Source: an uncultured bacterium
GTDB taxonomy: Bacteria; Verrucomicrobiota; Kiritimatiellia; CAIKKV01; CALHGX01
Assembly: GCA_938031185.1 (NCBI GenBank)
Contig: CALHGX010000017.1
Coordinates: 7,662 to 71,661 of the forward strand
DNA: 64,000 nt
Direction of reading: 5' to 3'
How positions within the stretch are numbered: position 1 is the stretch's first letter; each line of letters begins with the position of its first letter. The notes below the pieces were generated by a model. That model saw only the letters and a list, made by a program, of their open reading frames with translations, ran no database searches and was not told the origin of the DNA. The position numbers and the translations under genes are program-made. Below, piece after piece: positions 17,882-28,420 of the stretch.

Positions 17882-19301
17882 CGTATGCGGCCCGAGCGAT
17901 GAGCGCCAGGAGCAGTTGCTCGCTGGGGAAATGCCCTGCGATCCACGAGAATAAAAGCCAGACCGCCAGGCTCACCACCGCGAGAAAGGCAAACGCGTCC
18001 GTATGATCCCGGATGCCGCGACGCCAAAGCGCGGCGGCCGGTTCCCGTAAAAGCACTATAAAAAGCATCACATAAAGCCATGCCCCCACCAGGCCGATGA
18101 CGGCGAGCACCGTCCATAGCCCTGACTCGTAATAACCCAGGTCTGCCGCCACGCGAAGCTTCACATCCATCGAGGCGGTCAGGGACTTAAACTCCTCATC
18201 GAAAGGATAAACGCGATTGCCCAACAAAAACGAAACGGGGGAGGAGAGCCATTTCCGAGCGCCTAAAACGGCCAATCTTTGATGCCACTCGTCGCTGCCC
18301 TCCACCAAACGATGCACGTCTTGATAGGGACTCTTGAGGATGACAATTGAAAGCGTGCGCCGAACACGTGCCGGGAAACGGTAGACCATGTCCGGACGGA
18401 CATTCAGCGTCATCACCACGGAGGCGAGCAGCAACGCGCCCCCGAGCAATAATACCCATCGCCGCTCCAGAACGGCCCACAACAATGGCGCGACAAAGAA
18501 CATGCCAAGACTGACCCGCCCGCCACCCAACAGCACGAACCAACCGCAGACCACCACCATGGCAAGGTTCACGGCAACCCAAAACGGGCGACGGACCATG
18601 CTGAGATAGGCCATGCTGGCGAAAAGGAGCCACAATGCCGATTCGCGCAACTCGATTCCTCCCGTATAGACGCCGGGCACCACGTAGTTGATGACGGGCA
18701 CCATGAAGATGGCGGGGAAAAAGTAGCCCAAGGCGCCCAGCGTCGAACGGATCAAGGCGGTCGCATAGATGGCCGCCAGCGCGCGCTTGAGATAGCGGCT
18801 GGACCCGTACGCAAAAAAGGGCACGGCAAATATCAGCGGCCACAAACCCCTCACGTACACCCGAAACATTGTTCCGAACCCGGGCAACCCCTCCAGCCGG
18901 CACAAATACGCGCTGAACGCGAAATGCGCTCCGAGATAGAAGAGAAGGGCATACGCCCAGCGTGGCAGGCGCGTCCTACGAATCAGCACATTGCGACGCA
19001 CGGCCACCACAGGCACCAACGGCAACAGGCTGACCACCATACCGATTTCGTGCGGATAGATGCGAAAACCGAAATAGAATACCCCCCCCGCACTCACAAC
19101 CGCCGGCACCATCACCCACCAGGCTTCACGGGCAAAAAAAATCCATATCCCAATCAGAACGGGCAACAGAACCACAACCAATCCTTGCTGGCCGTATTGC
19201 CAATGCACGGACAAGAGGGCTACACAAAGCAAAACGGCTACCACCAGGACCGTCCACTCGGCAACATGACGCCGTATTGCCGGAGACAGCGTCTGCGTCA
19301 T
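17856..19301 (-). CDS. polytopic membrane protein, candidate polysaccharide polymerase/ligase (Wzy/WaaL-like)
   Basis: 481 aa, at least 10 TM helices, located inside the glycan locus. I recognise no diagnostic motif. Confidence 0.4.
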   Translation of the reverse strand: MTQTLSPAIRRHVAEWTVLVVAVLLCVALLSVHWQYGQQGLVVVLLPVLIGIWIFFAREAWWVMVPAVVSAGGVFYFGFRIYPHEIGMVVSLLPLVPVVAVRRNVLIRRTRLPRWAYALLFYLGAHFAFSAYLCRLEGLPGFGTMFRVYVRGLWPLIFAVPFFAYGSSRYLKRALAAIYATALIRSTLGALGYFFPAIFMVPVINYVVPGVYTGGIELRESALWLLFASMAYLSMVRRPFWVAVNLAMVVVCGWFVLLGGGRVSLGMFFVAPLLWAVLERRWVLLLGGALLLASVVMTLNVRPDMVYRFPARVRRTLSIVILKSPYQDVHRLVEGSDEWHQRLAVLGARKWLSSPVSFLLGNRVYPFDEEFKSLTASMDVKLRVAADLGYYESGLWTVLAVIGLVGAWLYVMLFIVLLREPAAALWRRGIRDHTDAFAFLAVVSLAVWLLFSWIAGHFPSEQLLLALIARAAYDDRQAASI

Positions 19302-19388
19302 CTTATCCCCCTTCGCGGGAAGACACTTTGTGCTTTATGGACCACACCCATTCACATACTCTGACAACTTTATCGGCTAGGATCAAGT

Positions 19389-20552
19389 ATGGCCGTCGTG
19401 CGACAGACCATCCGTTGCCGCCGTCATGTTTGGGCCGCCCACGCCAGCGAATGGATGGGCCCGCTGCTGGCGCGTTGGGCCTGCCGCCGGGCCGCCGGCC
19501 GCGCTCTGCCAGCCATCCGCTGGCGACGGGCTGTCCTCTTGGGGGCGGACCATCTGGGCGATCTTCTGTGGATTTCCGCCTCCCTGCCGCATCTCAAAAC
19601 GGCTTTCCCCGCCTGCGAATGGCATGCGCTGGCATCTAGAGCCGGACTCGATGCATTGGTTCACAACCCTTTTTTGCGGAGCACCCACCTTATTGCGGAA
19701 AAAGGATTCCGGCGTTTTCAGGACATAACCCGGACTTTGGTTGCACTCAAACCGGACGCGGCGTTGTGCTACAACACTGGCGGATACTGGTTCGAGTTGA
19801 TGGCAGCCGCGTATGCCGGTGTTCCCTGTCGCGTCGGCTATGTTCACAAAGGCTTTTCGGGTTTGGTCACCCAGCCGCTTTCAATCCGGTTTCCCCAGCC
19901 CTATCCGGCCTACTTCCGCGACGCGGTCGCACAGTTGTCCGCTTTGGAAGCTTCATGGCCATTGCGCCCCTTGCTTTATCCTTCCCGCGAGGATGCGGCT
20001 GAAGGAGAAAAGGTCTGGCGGGCACTAGGCGTTGGCCCCAATGACATCGTCGCGGCCTGTTTCCCGTTCAGCCGTCAGGCGCAGGGCGCCATCCCCCCGG
20101 AATGGTTTGCCGCTGTCATGGCAGCCGCGAGCCGCGCTCCGATCACCTGGCTGCTTTGCGGAACCGCCGGGGAAGAACGACCATGGCGCATCCTTCAAGC
20201 CCGTTACGGTCTCGCAAGGGCGCATGTGTTGGCCGGCCGGCTGAATGCCCGTTCCATGGTCAGCCTTCTTCGCCACTGTGACCTGGCGTTTTGTGCAGAC
20301 TCTGGGGGACGTCATTTGGCCAACGCGGCAAACATAACCGTGGCCTTTGTGCGCAATCTCGGAGCACGGGCCATTGAAACCGGCGTCTATCTGCCCACCG
20401 AAGTGGACCTGACGCCTCCACTGGCTGAATGCCTTTCCCCCAGCGCGGTCCGGCGCGTCATCGCAGAAATGCCTCCCGAACAAACCGCCAAGCGCCTGCT
20501 CGATATCCTAAGGCGAACCGGCAAGTCTTCAAAGTCGCTCCCGGAAAACTGA
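19389..20552 (+). CDS. glycosyltransferase family 9 (heptosyltransferase-like), second copy
   Basis: AVLLGADHLGDLLWISASLPHLK...FCADSGGRHLANAANITVAFV matches the GT9 pattern. Divergent from the Wzy-like gene. Confidence 0.75.
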   Translation: MAVVRQTIRCRRHVWAAHASEWMGPLLARWACRRAAGRALPAIRWRRAVLLGADHLGDLLWISASLPHLKTAFPACEWHALASRAGLDALVHNPFLRSTHLIAEKGFRRFQDITRTLVALKPDAALCYNTGGYWFELMAAAYAGVPCRVGYVHKGFSGLVTQPLSIRFPQPYPAYFRDAVAQLSALEASWPLRPLLYPSREDAAEGEKVWRALGVGPNDIVAACFPFSRQAQGAIPPEWFAAVMAAASRAPITWLLCGTAGEERPWRILQARYGLARAHVLAGRLNARSMVSLLRHCDLAFCADSGGRHLANAANITVAFVRNLGARAIETGVYLPTEVDLTPPLAECLSPSAVRRVIAEMPPEQTAKRLLDILRRTGKSSKSLPEN

Positions 20553-20573
20553 ATCGATCGTTCAGCAAGACCG

Positions 20574-21989
20574 CTATGGTGCAGCTGACGGGTGAGCATC
20601 CTGCCGCAGGCGTTGCCAGCAGACCATTGGAGTGCGCCAGTAATTGAACAACGCCTGCACAAAGAAGGAGGCAAACAGAATCCCCCAGACGCCGTAGCGA
20701 CGGCCCAGGAGATAGGCGGCGGGAACGGTCAAGAGACCGCTGATTACGTACGGCTTCAGATGTAGGACTTCGTTGCCGGTTTGAACAACGGCAGCATGCA
20801 TGCCAATCAGGACGTCCACCCCCACCAGCGCCAACAAAGCCGCAGCCTGCGGCAGGGGCAGCAGACGGGTTTTGGCGCCAATGCCGCCGAGCAGCAGGGG
20901 CGTCAGCCAAAGCAACAGCGCCGCACCCGCCAAATAAACCAACAAGGCCAGTGCCATACGCAGGCGAATTACCCGGCTTACTTCTCGAAGCCGACCCTGG
21001 GCGCGGCCGGCAGCGATCTCCGGGTGCTTGACAGCCAGCACCGCCGAAGCAAACCCGTGAAGCATGATGGCCAACTGCATGGTGAGACCGTATTCCGCCG
21101 TAGTGCGGAGGTCCGTCACTAACGAACAAATGAGCGTGGTGTTCTGGATATACAAGCCGGAGCTCAGTGCAGCCAAACCCGACCGCCATGTCATCGGCCA
21201 CAGATCGAGCCAGGCGATCGGTTGGGGGGTGCGGTACGCATCCTCGGGAATGAGACGTATTGCGAGACGCTGGGCCGCCCATCGCGGAATCAGGTTCACC
21301 GCCAACTGGCCCATGACTAGCGCATGAAGCCCAAGGCCGCAGGCCAGCCCGGCAAAGGCCAGCGCGTAGTCCGCCAAGAGCCCCGCCACCATAAGCTGAT
21401 TCGTCAGCCGAACGCGGTTCATGCCGAAGAGGAGGCCGTTCCAGAACCAACCGCGCATGGCCACACCAGAACCGACCGTCAGCAGGACGTAGGCGGCCGC
21501 GTCACCGGCCGTCACAGACTGGCGTCCGCCACGCCACAAATACCATCCTAGGCCCGCCATCCCCATAAAGACCACCACGGCCAACGCAAAGCGGGCATAA
21601 AGGCGTCGCGCCATGACTGCCAGTCCCGCCACCCCCCTGTAATTGGCGGCGTCACAGACCGTGAGATCTTTCAGCCCCAAACGGGGCACCGATGTCGCAC
21701 CGCCATAAAAATAGCTGACAAAACGGGCGATGGTTAGACTGAATCCAAGTTCGACCATCGTCGCCAACCCAGCCAGATTCAGCATCACATACCACAACCC
21801 CATGCGGGAAGCGGGCAATGTCCGAAGCGCATAGAGCGTGACCGTCAGAAACCCGACTCCCCGCAACGCCGTAACCGCCCAAGCCCAAGCTACGGCCGAG
21901 GCCACTATCCGGGCCGGCAGGTCTCGAAGAAATCGGGCCTCGGTTTGCTTCACAATGCGGTCAGGGCCTCCATGTAACGCGCCAGACAT
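20574..21989 (-). CDS. MOP-superfamily polysaccharide flippase (Wzx-like)
   Basis: 471 aa, about 12-14 TM segments, typical Wzx-like composition, located in the glycan locus. Confidence 0.55.
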   Translation of the reverse strand: MSGALHGGPDRIVKQTEARFLRDLPARIVASAVAWAWAVTALRGVGFLTVTLYALRTLPASRMGLWYVMLNLAGLATMVELGFSLTIARFVSYFYGGATSVPRLGLKDLTVCDAANYRGVAGLAVMARRLYARFALAVVVFMGMAGLGWYLWRGGRQSVTAGDAAAYVLLTVGSGVAMRGWFWNGLLFGMNRVRLTNQLMVAGLLADYALAFAGLACGLGLHALVMGQLAVNLIPRWAAQRLAIRLIPEDAYRTPQPIAWLDLWPMTWRSGLAALSSGLYIQNTTLICSLVTDLRTTAEYGLTMQLAIMLHGFASAVLAVKHPEIAAGRAQGRLREVSRVIRLRMALALLVYLAGAALLLWLTPLLLGGIGAKTRLLPLPQAAALLALVGVDVLIGMHAAVVQTGNEVLHLKPYVISGLLTVPAAYLLGRRYGVWGILFASFFVQALFNYWRTPMVCWQRLRQDAHPSAAP

Positions 21990-23140
21990 TCCGCCTCGTC
22001 ATGCCGCGCGCGGCAAAACAGCGGATTCAATGGGAGCGGCGTCGCCGCTGCTTTGGATAACAGCGCCGCCAGGGCCTGCTTGTCACCGCCGGGAAAACGA
22101 TACTCAGGATCCCGTACCACTTCGGGCAAACTGGAGTTGTCGGCACAAATCGAGGGGCAACCGCATCCCATGGCCTCCAGTGGTGGCAGCCCGAAGCCTT
22201 CATAGAGCGACGGATAGACGAATAAGGATGCGCCGCCGTATAAGCCGGGCATGTCGTCCTCCTCAATAAACCCCGGCATGCAGACGGCGCCAGGCGGCAA
22301 GCCGGCTCGAATAATGGCGCCTTGCACATCACACATCGGTTTTTTCAAGTCGCTTGGAATGCGGCCAGCCAGTACCAATGGAGGACGCGAACCCGTGACC
22401 GTCGCGTATGCAGCCACCAGCGTTTCCACGTCTTTGCGATAATCGTAGCCGCCCACGTACAACCAATATCCAGCCGGTGGCAGCTTGTATTTGTTTTGGA
22501 CCCTGGGGACATCCTGTCTCGCTCTCTCCGGCGTGTAGTTTCGCGGCAGCCAGGCAGGGATCACGCAAAGACGATCCCTTGGCGCTCCGGCAAGACACAC
22601 GAGATCTTCGCCGGCCGCTTCGGATTCCGTGAAAATCAATCTTGCGCGCCGGAGAAAAGCCTCGTTGCGGTCCTGCATCCAGCGGCGGACCAGAAGACGG
22701 CCGCGATAGCGGGGAAAGAGGCGATAAATGCAGTCGTGTTGGGTCACCACCGTGTAAGCCGGCGCCCGCCTGGCCCAAAACGGAGCCGGGCTGAACAGTA
22801 TGTCTTTTGGAAACCATCGGGCAGTCCATGCGCCAACATGGTCTTTCCATAGCACTTCATCCAGCAGGGGATGCCCCGTCCTGAAAGCCCGCACCACCCG
22901 AATCTCAACCGTGTCTTCGAGCCAGGTTGGCCGCGGCTGCCAGGCAGGTAAGACCACACAAAGCGCCCGTTCCTTGAAAGCTTCGCAATGCTGCAAGCCC
23001 GCCACAAGACGCCGGGCATACACGGCCATGCCCACCCCAGACTGGGCTAAATGCCAACCATCGACTAGCAGCCGCCGAGCGGCCAGCCGACAGCCTCTAC
23101 TAGTAGACGCATTGGCGTCGTTCGGCGTCATGACCGGCAA
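21950..23140 (-). CDS. glycosyltransferase family 4 (GT-B)
   Basis: C-terminal sequence ASLFVYPSLYEGFGLPPLEAMGCGCPSICADNSSLPEVV (EX7E region). Confidence 0.85.
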   Translation of the reverse strand: MPVMTPNDANASTSRGCRLAARRLLVDGWHLAQSGVGMAVYARRLVAGLQHCEAFKERALCVVLPAWQPRPTWLEDTVEIRVVRAFRTGHPLLDEVLWKDHVGAWTARWFPKDILFSPAPFWARRAPAYTVVTQHDCIYRLFPRYRGRLLVRRWMQDRNEAFLRRARLIFTESEAAGEDLVCLAGAPRDRLCVIPAWLPRNYTPERARQDVPRVQNKYKLPPAGYWLYVGGYDYRKDVETLVAAYATVTGSRPPLVLAGRIPSDLKKPMCDVQGAIIRAGLPPGAVCMPGFIEEDDMPGLYGGASLFVYPSLYEGFGLPPLEAMGCGCPSICADNSSLPEVVRDPEYRFPGGDKQALAALLSKAAATPLPLNPLFCRARHDEAECLARYMEALTAL

Positions 23141-24288
23141 GACAGTAGACTTTGATATAGGCTCAAGCGCCGCTCTAGGAGCACACGGTGATCGAACCGG
23201 CGAGCAGAAATACGACCCGCTTCACCCATTTTCCGCCGCAACTCCGGTGAGCGAATGAGCGTCAGCAGCCGCTCGGCAAAACCGCCAACGTCAAACGGTG
23301 GAACAAGAAATCCCTCGAATCCATCGGAAAACGAATCGCGGACGCCATCCACGTGGTTGGCCACCACCGGCCGACCACAGGCCATGGCTTCGATGGGAAC
23401 CATCCCCTGCGCTTCGAAGAGCGAAGTCATCGCGACAATGTCGGCCGCTGCCAAGTAGTCTATGCCGTTCGGTTGAGCACCCAAAAAACGGCATGTCGCG
23501 CCAAGGTCCAGATCCGCCGCCGTCCGCTGCAGCGCGCCTTCATCCGGGCCGGAACCCACAATCCAAAGCCGAGCCCTTGCCCCGGCGTCTTGCACCAGCC
23601 GCCACGCCTTGAGCAGCCATTCCACATGCTTGGTGGATTGATCCAAACGCCCGACGCTAACGACGTGACACAAATTCATATCCCATCCATGCTGTCGCCG
23701 TAACGCAGCCAACTTTTCGGCTGATGGGAGTGCCCCCAGATCTACGCCACTGGGAATGCACACGATGCGCTCGGGACTTGTCAGATGACGCAAGAGATAC
23801 TGATATGTCGTGCTGGGAGACAATGTTATCACACGATCCGCGCAGCGGCACGGGATCAGTTCGCATAGACGGTTGCGCACTACTCGGTAAAAATCCCAAT
23901 CCGTGTGAAAGGCGCAGAAATGAGCCGTGTGAACCAGCCGTGAGGGACCGGCCGCGCGTGCAGCTAGCGCGCCGAGGGGTGCTACCCACTGTCCATGCGT
24001 CACCACAATATCGGGCCGAAATCGCCGTAGCTCATGTGCGAGCAGGACAAAACCAACCGGCCACTTCCAGAGACGGTTCAGCGGAAGCCTCTTGTGCGCC
24101 ACGCCCCATTCCTCGCAGCGCCGAGCCAGGAAACCCCATCCGTCATGGAGCAGGATCTGGGTACAATGCGGTCGGAGATAGTCCATTTCCCGTTCGATGG
24201 AGATTGGCCCACCGCCGGGTCCATCCTCAAAAAGAAGACGGGCCAGACGAAATGGCTTCGGCCCTGTATGTTCCTGTGGGCTCATCAA
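23128..24288 (-). CDS. glycosyltransferase family 4 (GT-B)
   Basis: DIVAMTSLFEAQGMVPIEAMACGRPVVANHVDGVRDSFSDGFEGFLVPP. Confidence 0.85.
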   Translation of the reverse strand: MMSPQEHTGPKPFRLARLLFEDGPGGGPISIEREMDYLRPHCTQILLHDGWGFLARRCEEWGVAHKRLPLNRLWKWPVGFVLLAHELRRFRPDIVVTHGQWVAPLGALAARAAGPSRLVHTAHFCAFHTDWDFYRVVRNRLCELIPCRCADRVITLSPSTTYQYLLRHLTSPERIVCIPSGVDLGALPSAEKLAALRRQHGWDMNLCHVVSVGRLDQSTKHVEWLLKAWRLVQDAGARARLWIVGSGPDEGALQRTAADLDLGATCRFLGAQPNGIDYLAAADIVAMTSLFEAQGMVPIEAMACGRPVVANHVDGVRDSFSDGFEGFLVPPFDVGGFAERLLTLIRSPELRRKMGEAGRISARRFDHRVLLERRLSLYQSLLSCRS

Positions 24289-24545
24289 GAAAACGCCGCA
24301 TGTCTGGCCGGAGGCTAGAACAGGGCCAGCGGCAAATCAAGTCGGCTGTTTTCTGCCCAGATGCCAGGTGTATGCGGTACGCATGCTGGCGGCCCGTATC
24401 CGTGGCGTGTTGCGCCATGACAGAGCTTTGCCGAAGGATGAGCAGGGGCATGAATTCGTGGTTCAGGCCGAAGCGAGCTTTGCTTGCCCGCGACGCTCCG
24501 GCCGGAGTACAACAATGCGGCTCCTCGCTGCCACGGGGGTTCACC

Positions 24546-25019
24546 ATGCATGACTGGCTTATCATTGACGGGAACAACCTCTTGCATTCTCACCCTCCAT
24601 TCGCCGCGATGGTGCGAAGCCGGCCGGACGGCGCCCGCGCGCAACTGGTGCGCGAAATGGAGCATCTTATCGGCGCTTTGGCGCGCCGCATCACCGTCGT
24701 GTTCGATGGGCGGGACGGCGGAAAACAAACCGGGTTTGAATCCTCGCCGGTGGAAGTGATCTTTTCCCCCTCGGCGTTCACGGCCGATACGGTGATTGAG
24801 CGACTGGCGTTTGGCGCCCCCCAAAAGGCGGTCGTGGCGGTGGTCACATCGGACCGCGGCGAACGCGATACAGTCGAGGCCGCCGGGGTGCGGACCATCG
24901 GCTGCAGCGTCTTTATGGAAACAGCGGCCGCCGCCCGTCGGTCTCTTGGCGCCGCAGCGCCGCGTCAAGCCGCGCCTCGCGGCAAACTGGGCGATTTCTT
25001 CCCGCCAACCATAAGATAA
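24546..25019 (+). CDS. NYN-domain (YacP/Rae1-like) ribonuclease family protein
   Basis: Only the last 157 aa of ORF 23724..25019 look real: MHDWLIIDGNNLLH...ITVVFDGRDGG...VIFSPSAFTADTVIERL...VVTSDRGERD. Confidence 0.6.
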   Translation: MHDWLIIDGNNLLHSHPPFAAMVRSRPDGARAQLVREMEHLIGALARRITVVFDGRDGGKQTGFESSPVEVIFSPSAFTADTVIERLAFGAPQKAVVAVVTSDRGERDTVEAAGVRTIGCSVFMETAAAARRSLGAAAPRQAAPRGKLGDFFPPTIR

Positions 25020-25109
25020 CACTGCCGCCGATTCTCGCCGCGATGCCGCATCCGACGGCCAGACTAGAGAACCGGCCCTGGGGCGCAGCTTCTGCGAAAG
25101 GCCGCCGCG

Positions 25110-25808
25110 TCATTTCTTCCCGGCCGGCTCCGGCGGTTTTCGCCCCAGCCGCTTGAGCACCTCCTGCAGATCCTGCCACACCTCCTTCTTGGCCGCTGGA
25201 TTCCGCAACAGGTAGGCCGGATGGTAGGTGGCCATGAGCGGTATGCCCTCGAAGGCAAACCACTGACCGCGCAGCTTCGTAATGCCCTGCGTTGTCTGGA
25301 GAAGCCCTTTCACCGCCGTAGCCCCAAGCGCCACAATGACCTTGGGCCTGAGCAGGGTTATTTGTTCTTTCAGGTACGGCAAGCACGCTTCTATTTCGTC
25401 GGGGAACGGCGGCCGATTGTTCGGGGGGCGACATTTGACAACATTTGCTATAAATACTTCCTCGCGGGTGTACCCCATCGCCGTGATCATTTTCGTAAGC
25501 AACTGGCCAGCGGCCCCGACAAAGGCCAGTCCTTGCTCGTCTTCTTCGTGCCCTGGTCCTTCGCCCACAAAAAGAATGTCCGGGTTCGGACACCCCTGTC
25601 CCGGCACGGGGCGCCGACGTTGCTTGTGCAAGCCGCATTTGCTGCAGGCCAAGATTTCGATTGCGATATCCGAAAGGGTTCTGATGCTGGATTCCACAGG
25701 GAGCCTTGGAGCGGCCTCCACGCAGACCACCCCCCTGTCTCGCAGGTACTCGATGTATTCCTTGAAGTCCGCAGCCAAGGCGGCCAGTTCGGTGTCCGCG
25801 TCCGGCAT
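25110..25808 (-). CDS. uracil-DNA glycosylase, family 4
   Basis: MPDADTEL... CSKCGLHKQRRRPVPGQG, ILFVGEGPGHEEDEQGLAFVG, NVVKCRPPNNR, ATYHPAYLLR. Confidence 0.85.
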   Translation of the reverse strand: MPDADTELAALAADFKEYIEYLRDRGVVCVEAAPRLPVESSIRTLSDIAIEILACSKCGLHKQRRRPVPGQGCPNPDILFVGEGPGHEEDEQGLAFVGAAGQLLTKMITAMGYTREEVFIANVVKCRPPNNRPPFPDEIEACLPYLKEQITLLRPKVIVALGATAVKGLLQTTQGITKLRGQWFAFEGIPLMATYHPAYLLRNPAAKKEVWQDLQEVLKRLGRKPPEPAGKK

Positions 25809-26596
25809 TAGTTGGTGTCCTGGGCGCTGTCTGGCGCACCGTTTGCGGAAGCCCGCAGGGTTTGACGCATGTACCAGGGGCCCAGAATAATGTAACTGAC
25901 GCCCAACGCGATCATGACCCACGCGGTGGCCAGGGATATGTCGCGCGCAGGCAGGAAGAAGAAAACCGCTAGAACCAATACCGGGATGAAGATGGCCGCT
26001 TTCTTGGATGGCTTCGGGTAACGAACATTCGAAACTTGCAGACTGATAAACACCAGCACCCCAAACAAGAATAGAATGGCGACCGGCCCTTGATGCAACG
26101 AGAAACGGCTCAGCGGCTCGCTTTGGCTGATGAAAACCAGCAAAGCCACCCATGCCGCATTCGCAGTAATGGGCAACCCGGCATATCCCGCCTGTCCCCG
26201 CAGCGGATCGGATACCTTGAAGCGCGCCAGCCGAACCACGCCGGAAAGGGCGACCATTGAAGGCAAAAGCAACATTCGCCAGTTGGGCGCATCGCTCCCC
26301 TGAAACGTCACCGCGAAAATCAGGATGGCCGGCGCGATGCCGAAGGCGGTCAGATCAACGTAGGTGTCCAACTCGGCGCCGAACGCGCTGGATCCCTTCA
26401 GGAACCGGGCCAGATTGCCGTCCATTCCATCTAGGAGCATGGCCAGTATGATCAACTGTGCGGCGCGGCGGTACAGGTCCACTCGATCCATGTACATACC
26501 CCAAACCGTTGCGAGAATGCTGAGGAAACCGCACAGCATGGCGGCCAGTGTCACCACCGTTGGAATGATTTGCCGCCAACTTAGCCATCCCTTCAT
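25808..26596 (-). CDS. pssA: CDP-diacylglycerol--serine O-phosphatidyltransferase
   Basis: CDP-alcohol phosphatidyltransferase motif DGMDGNLARFLKGSSAFGAELDTYVD. Sits immediately upstream of psd. Confidence 0.8.
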   Translation of the reverse strand: MKGWLSWRQIIPTVVTLAAMLCGFLSILATVWGMYMDRVDLYRRAAQLIILAMLLDGMDGNLARFLKGSSAFGAELDTYVDLTAFGIAPAILIFAVTFQGSDAPNWRMLLLPSMVALSGVVRLARFKVSDPLRGQAGYAGLPITANAAWVALLVFISQSEPLSRFSLHQGPVAILFLFGVLVFISLQVSNVRYPKPSKKAAIFIPVLVLAVFFFLPARDISLATAWVMIALGVSYIILGPWYMRQTLRASANGAPDSAQDTN

Positions 26597-27264
26597 GGTA
26601 CGTCCTTTTTCAACCGGGCCACCACGGTTTCGCCGGCGCGTACTTTTTGTCCTATACCCGCTGTCACTTCCACGTCCCCCGCCGGAAAGTACATGTCAAG
26701 GCGCGAACTAAATTTCATCATGCCAATACGTTCGCCTTTGGCAACCATTTGATCCGGAACCAACCAATACACAACCCGTCGGGCCACGGGCCCTACGATT
26801 TGATTGACCAAGCACGACGTGTCCGTCCCTTCTATATGTATGGAATTGTGCTGGTTGTACTCCGATGATTTTTCTTGAAAGGTGAAATATCTTTTGCCGG
26901 GCGTGTAACGAAGATTCTTGATCCGCCCGGCCAGTGGCGCGCGATTCACATGAACGTCTATTAGGCTGAGAAATATGCTCACCCGGACCGTTTCCGTCTT
27001 GAGAAAACGAGGTTCATAGACGTTCGTAATCGACATAATCACGCCATCGGCTCCGGCAACGATGGCGTCAGGGTCGGCGGGCGCCACGCGTTCCGGATCG
27101 CGGAAGAAATAAAGCATGTACCCACAGCCGATCAATAACAGCAAAGTGGCAGAAAAAAACGCGCGCTTGGGGCGAACCCTCAACAGCCGAAGCCCCCCCC
27201 AACACAGCAACGCGAGAACAGCCACAGCCAGCAGAAACGGGATGACTTCCGGTCGAAATGACAT
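26593..27264 (-). CDS. psd: phosphatidylserine decarboxylase family protein (short type)
   Basis: 223 aa with an N-terminal TM segment. GERIGMMKFSSRLDMYFP (self-cleavage-type G/S-S-R region). 4-nt overlap with pssA. Confidence 0.75.
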   Translation of the reverse strand: MSFRPEVIPFLLAVAVLALLCWGGLRLLRVRPKRAFFSATLLLLIGCGYMLYFFRDPERVAPADPDAIVAGADGVIMSITNVYEPRFLKTETVRVSIFLSLIDVHVNRAPLAGRIKNLRYTPGKRYFTFQEKSSEYNQHNSIHIEGTDTSCLVNQIVGPVARRVVYWLVPDQMVAKGERIGMMKFSSRLDMYFPAGDVEVTAGIGQKVRAGETVVARLKKDVP

Positions 27265-27521
27265 ACCCGGTCAAACCTCCTTCATATCTCGCTGCAAACC
27301 GCTTCCGGGAAGAGAATCGCCCCTGCCGAGGCACGAGCATCATGCTGGAACAAGCAGGAATTGTCAATCCGTGGCCGCGTGTTGCGCCTGATTCGGATGT
27401 ACTTCTCTGTTCTGGGCATGATACGTTGCGTTGCGGCAGTCTTCATCTGAAGCCCGAAGCGATTCATGGGCGGCCGACAACCCCGCCAATGCCGGGGAGG
27501 CTGCAGACGTCCGAAAGAGTC

Positions 27522-28319
27522 ATGCGAAGCAAGCACATGCAGGTCTTGGCGGCTGCGTTCATTCTGACGACCACTGCGCTGGTTGCAGCCATTTACTATC
27601 GCAGAGAGGCCATGCGCCACCGTGCGGCCTGGCTGGAGACCCTGGCCATTCTGGAAGAGAACCTGGCGACAGCCTCTTGGGTGCCCCCGCCGACTCCCGG
27701 CGACAACGGAGTGGCGCCGTTGATATTGAATCAGATAACTGTTGTCACGCAATACGTTCCCCAGCAATTGGTTGCGCAACATGCCGCTCCGGCTCAACCT
27801 GTGGCAACAACTGTTTCTTATCCTCCTGTTCCTTCCTCCGATCCCTCTACTACGGTCGCCCGTGCTGAAGTCTCGCCTGCTCGGGAAACCGTGGACTTGG
27901 CGCAGCAGCGCCGCGACGAGAGGCACCGGGAAATGGAGGCGATCTGGACCCAAAGAACGAACTATTTCCGTCACAGGGATATCTCCCGGATGAGCAACGA
28001 GGATTTGGAGGAGTACAACCTCATGGTGGATCTTCTGGAGCACACTTGGACCTTGGGCCAGCGCCTTCGTGAGGGCGTTCCCGCGCCGGATCGTTGGCAG
28101 GTCATCATAAATATCCGCAGCAACTTGACCGCTCTTGCGCCGCTGCTCGACGCCGAGAGAGGTCGCGAACTGTATGATCTGGCCGTTGCCATGGGACATG
28201 GCGACCGTGAAGCGCGCGCATTTGTCAGCTACGTGAACAACATCGTGTCCAACACCTCCATCAGAACGCTTTTCCCGAGCCTGACACGCGGCGGTCTGCG
28301 CGGAAGGCCTTCTTCATAA
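27522..28319 (+). CDS. hypothetical membrane-anchored protein
   Basis: MRSKHMQVLAAAFILTTTALVAAIYY (single TM segment), then a Pro/Ser-rich linker and a helical C-terminal domain. No family recognised. The upstream 88 codons of the ORF overlap the psd promoter region. Confidence 0.45.
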   Translation: MRSKHMQVLAAAFILTTTALVAAIYYRREAMRHRAAWLETLAILEENLATASWVPPPTPGDNGVAPLILNQITVVTQYVPQQLVAQHAAPAQPVATTVSYPPVPSSDPSTTVARAEVSPARETVDLAQQRRDERHREMEAIWTQRTNYFRHRDISRMSNEDLEEYNLMVDLLEHTWTLGQRLREGVPAPDRWQVIINIRSNLTALAPLLDAERGRELYDLAVAMGHGDREARAFVSYVNNIVSNTSIRTLFPSLTRGGLRGRPSS

Positions 28320-28420
28320 TGGAGAAATCAGGAATAGCGTCCTCTCGCTGTTGGGCTTGGTTCTTCAGTAGCACACCACGATGGTGGTAATGTAAAAGGG
28401 AAAATCCATGACCGTAAAAA

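Noticed and set aside
23724-24545. N-terminal 274 codons of the 431-aa ORF 23724..25019
   Set aside because: This part runs antisense through the GT4 gene 23128..24288. Only the C-terminal 157 aa (from ATG 24546) show the NYN/YacP pattern.
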